From the human T2T-CHM13v2.0 reference genome, Homo sapiens: DNA of 64,000 bases. A program made the position numbers and the translations under genes. Where the stretch lies: the NCBI RefSeq assembly GCF_009914755.1, contig NC_060938.1; one strand, 5' to 3'. A model generated the notes under the pieces. That model did not search any database and had not been told where the DNA came from. It was given only the letters and a program-made list of their open reading frames with translations. Positions within the stretch are counted from its first letter, which is position 1, and each line of letters opens with the position of its first letter. Positions 63,780 through 64,000 of this stretch are shown one piece after another.

Positions 63780-64000
63780 TGCTCATTCACTATTCAACAA
63801 GCATGTAACAAGAGCTTACCATGAACGGGGTGCCTTTATCTTCATCTGAAATTGAACAGTCAGCCAAGTTCCTGTCTCATGAAGCTCATGTTCTGGTGGA
63901 GAGAGACAGAGAAAAATAAATGAGTAAAGAAGTGAGTAAAGAAATAAGCGAGCTAATTTCAGATAGCCGTAAATGCTACAAAGAAAATTAAAACAGAGTA
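63780..64000 (-). mobile_element. L2 3' end
   Basis: cattcactattcaacaagcat...cctgtctcatgaagctcatgttctggtggagagagacaga. Confidence 0.7.

Overview
Primate (very probably human) non-coding genomic DNA, roughly half of it interspersed repeats: about 12 Alus, L1 fragments of many ages, L2/MIR, MaLR and ERV LTRs, a near-full Tigger1 and a near-full-length Hsmar1 mariner. I recognise no intact protein-coding gene; nearly all ORFs in the track are repeat-derived or chance. I cannot place the locus. Non-repeat signals: a small CpG-island-like promoter with a perfect NRF1 palindrome (~10.4-10.9 kb); several repeat-free enhancer-like blocks (41.2-41.85, 46.5-47.05, 51.15-51.53, 52.7-53.1 kb); and a cluster of minus-strand splice signals at 19.3-22 kb that can be joined into a stop-free 78-codon frame (candidate unannotated or decayed multi-exon gene). 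The most solid unusual observations are repair or insertion scars: a two-template (direct + inverted) locally templated insertion inside Tigger1, a dispersed ~155-bp duplication, tail-less Alu and L1 fragments, and a probable near-completely deleted Alu. Repeat family names come from my recall of consensus sequences, not from a database search; many boundaries are approximate.
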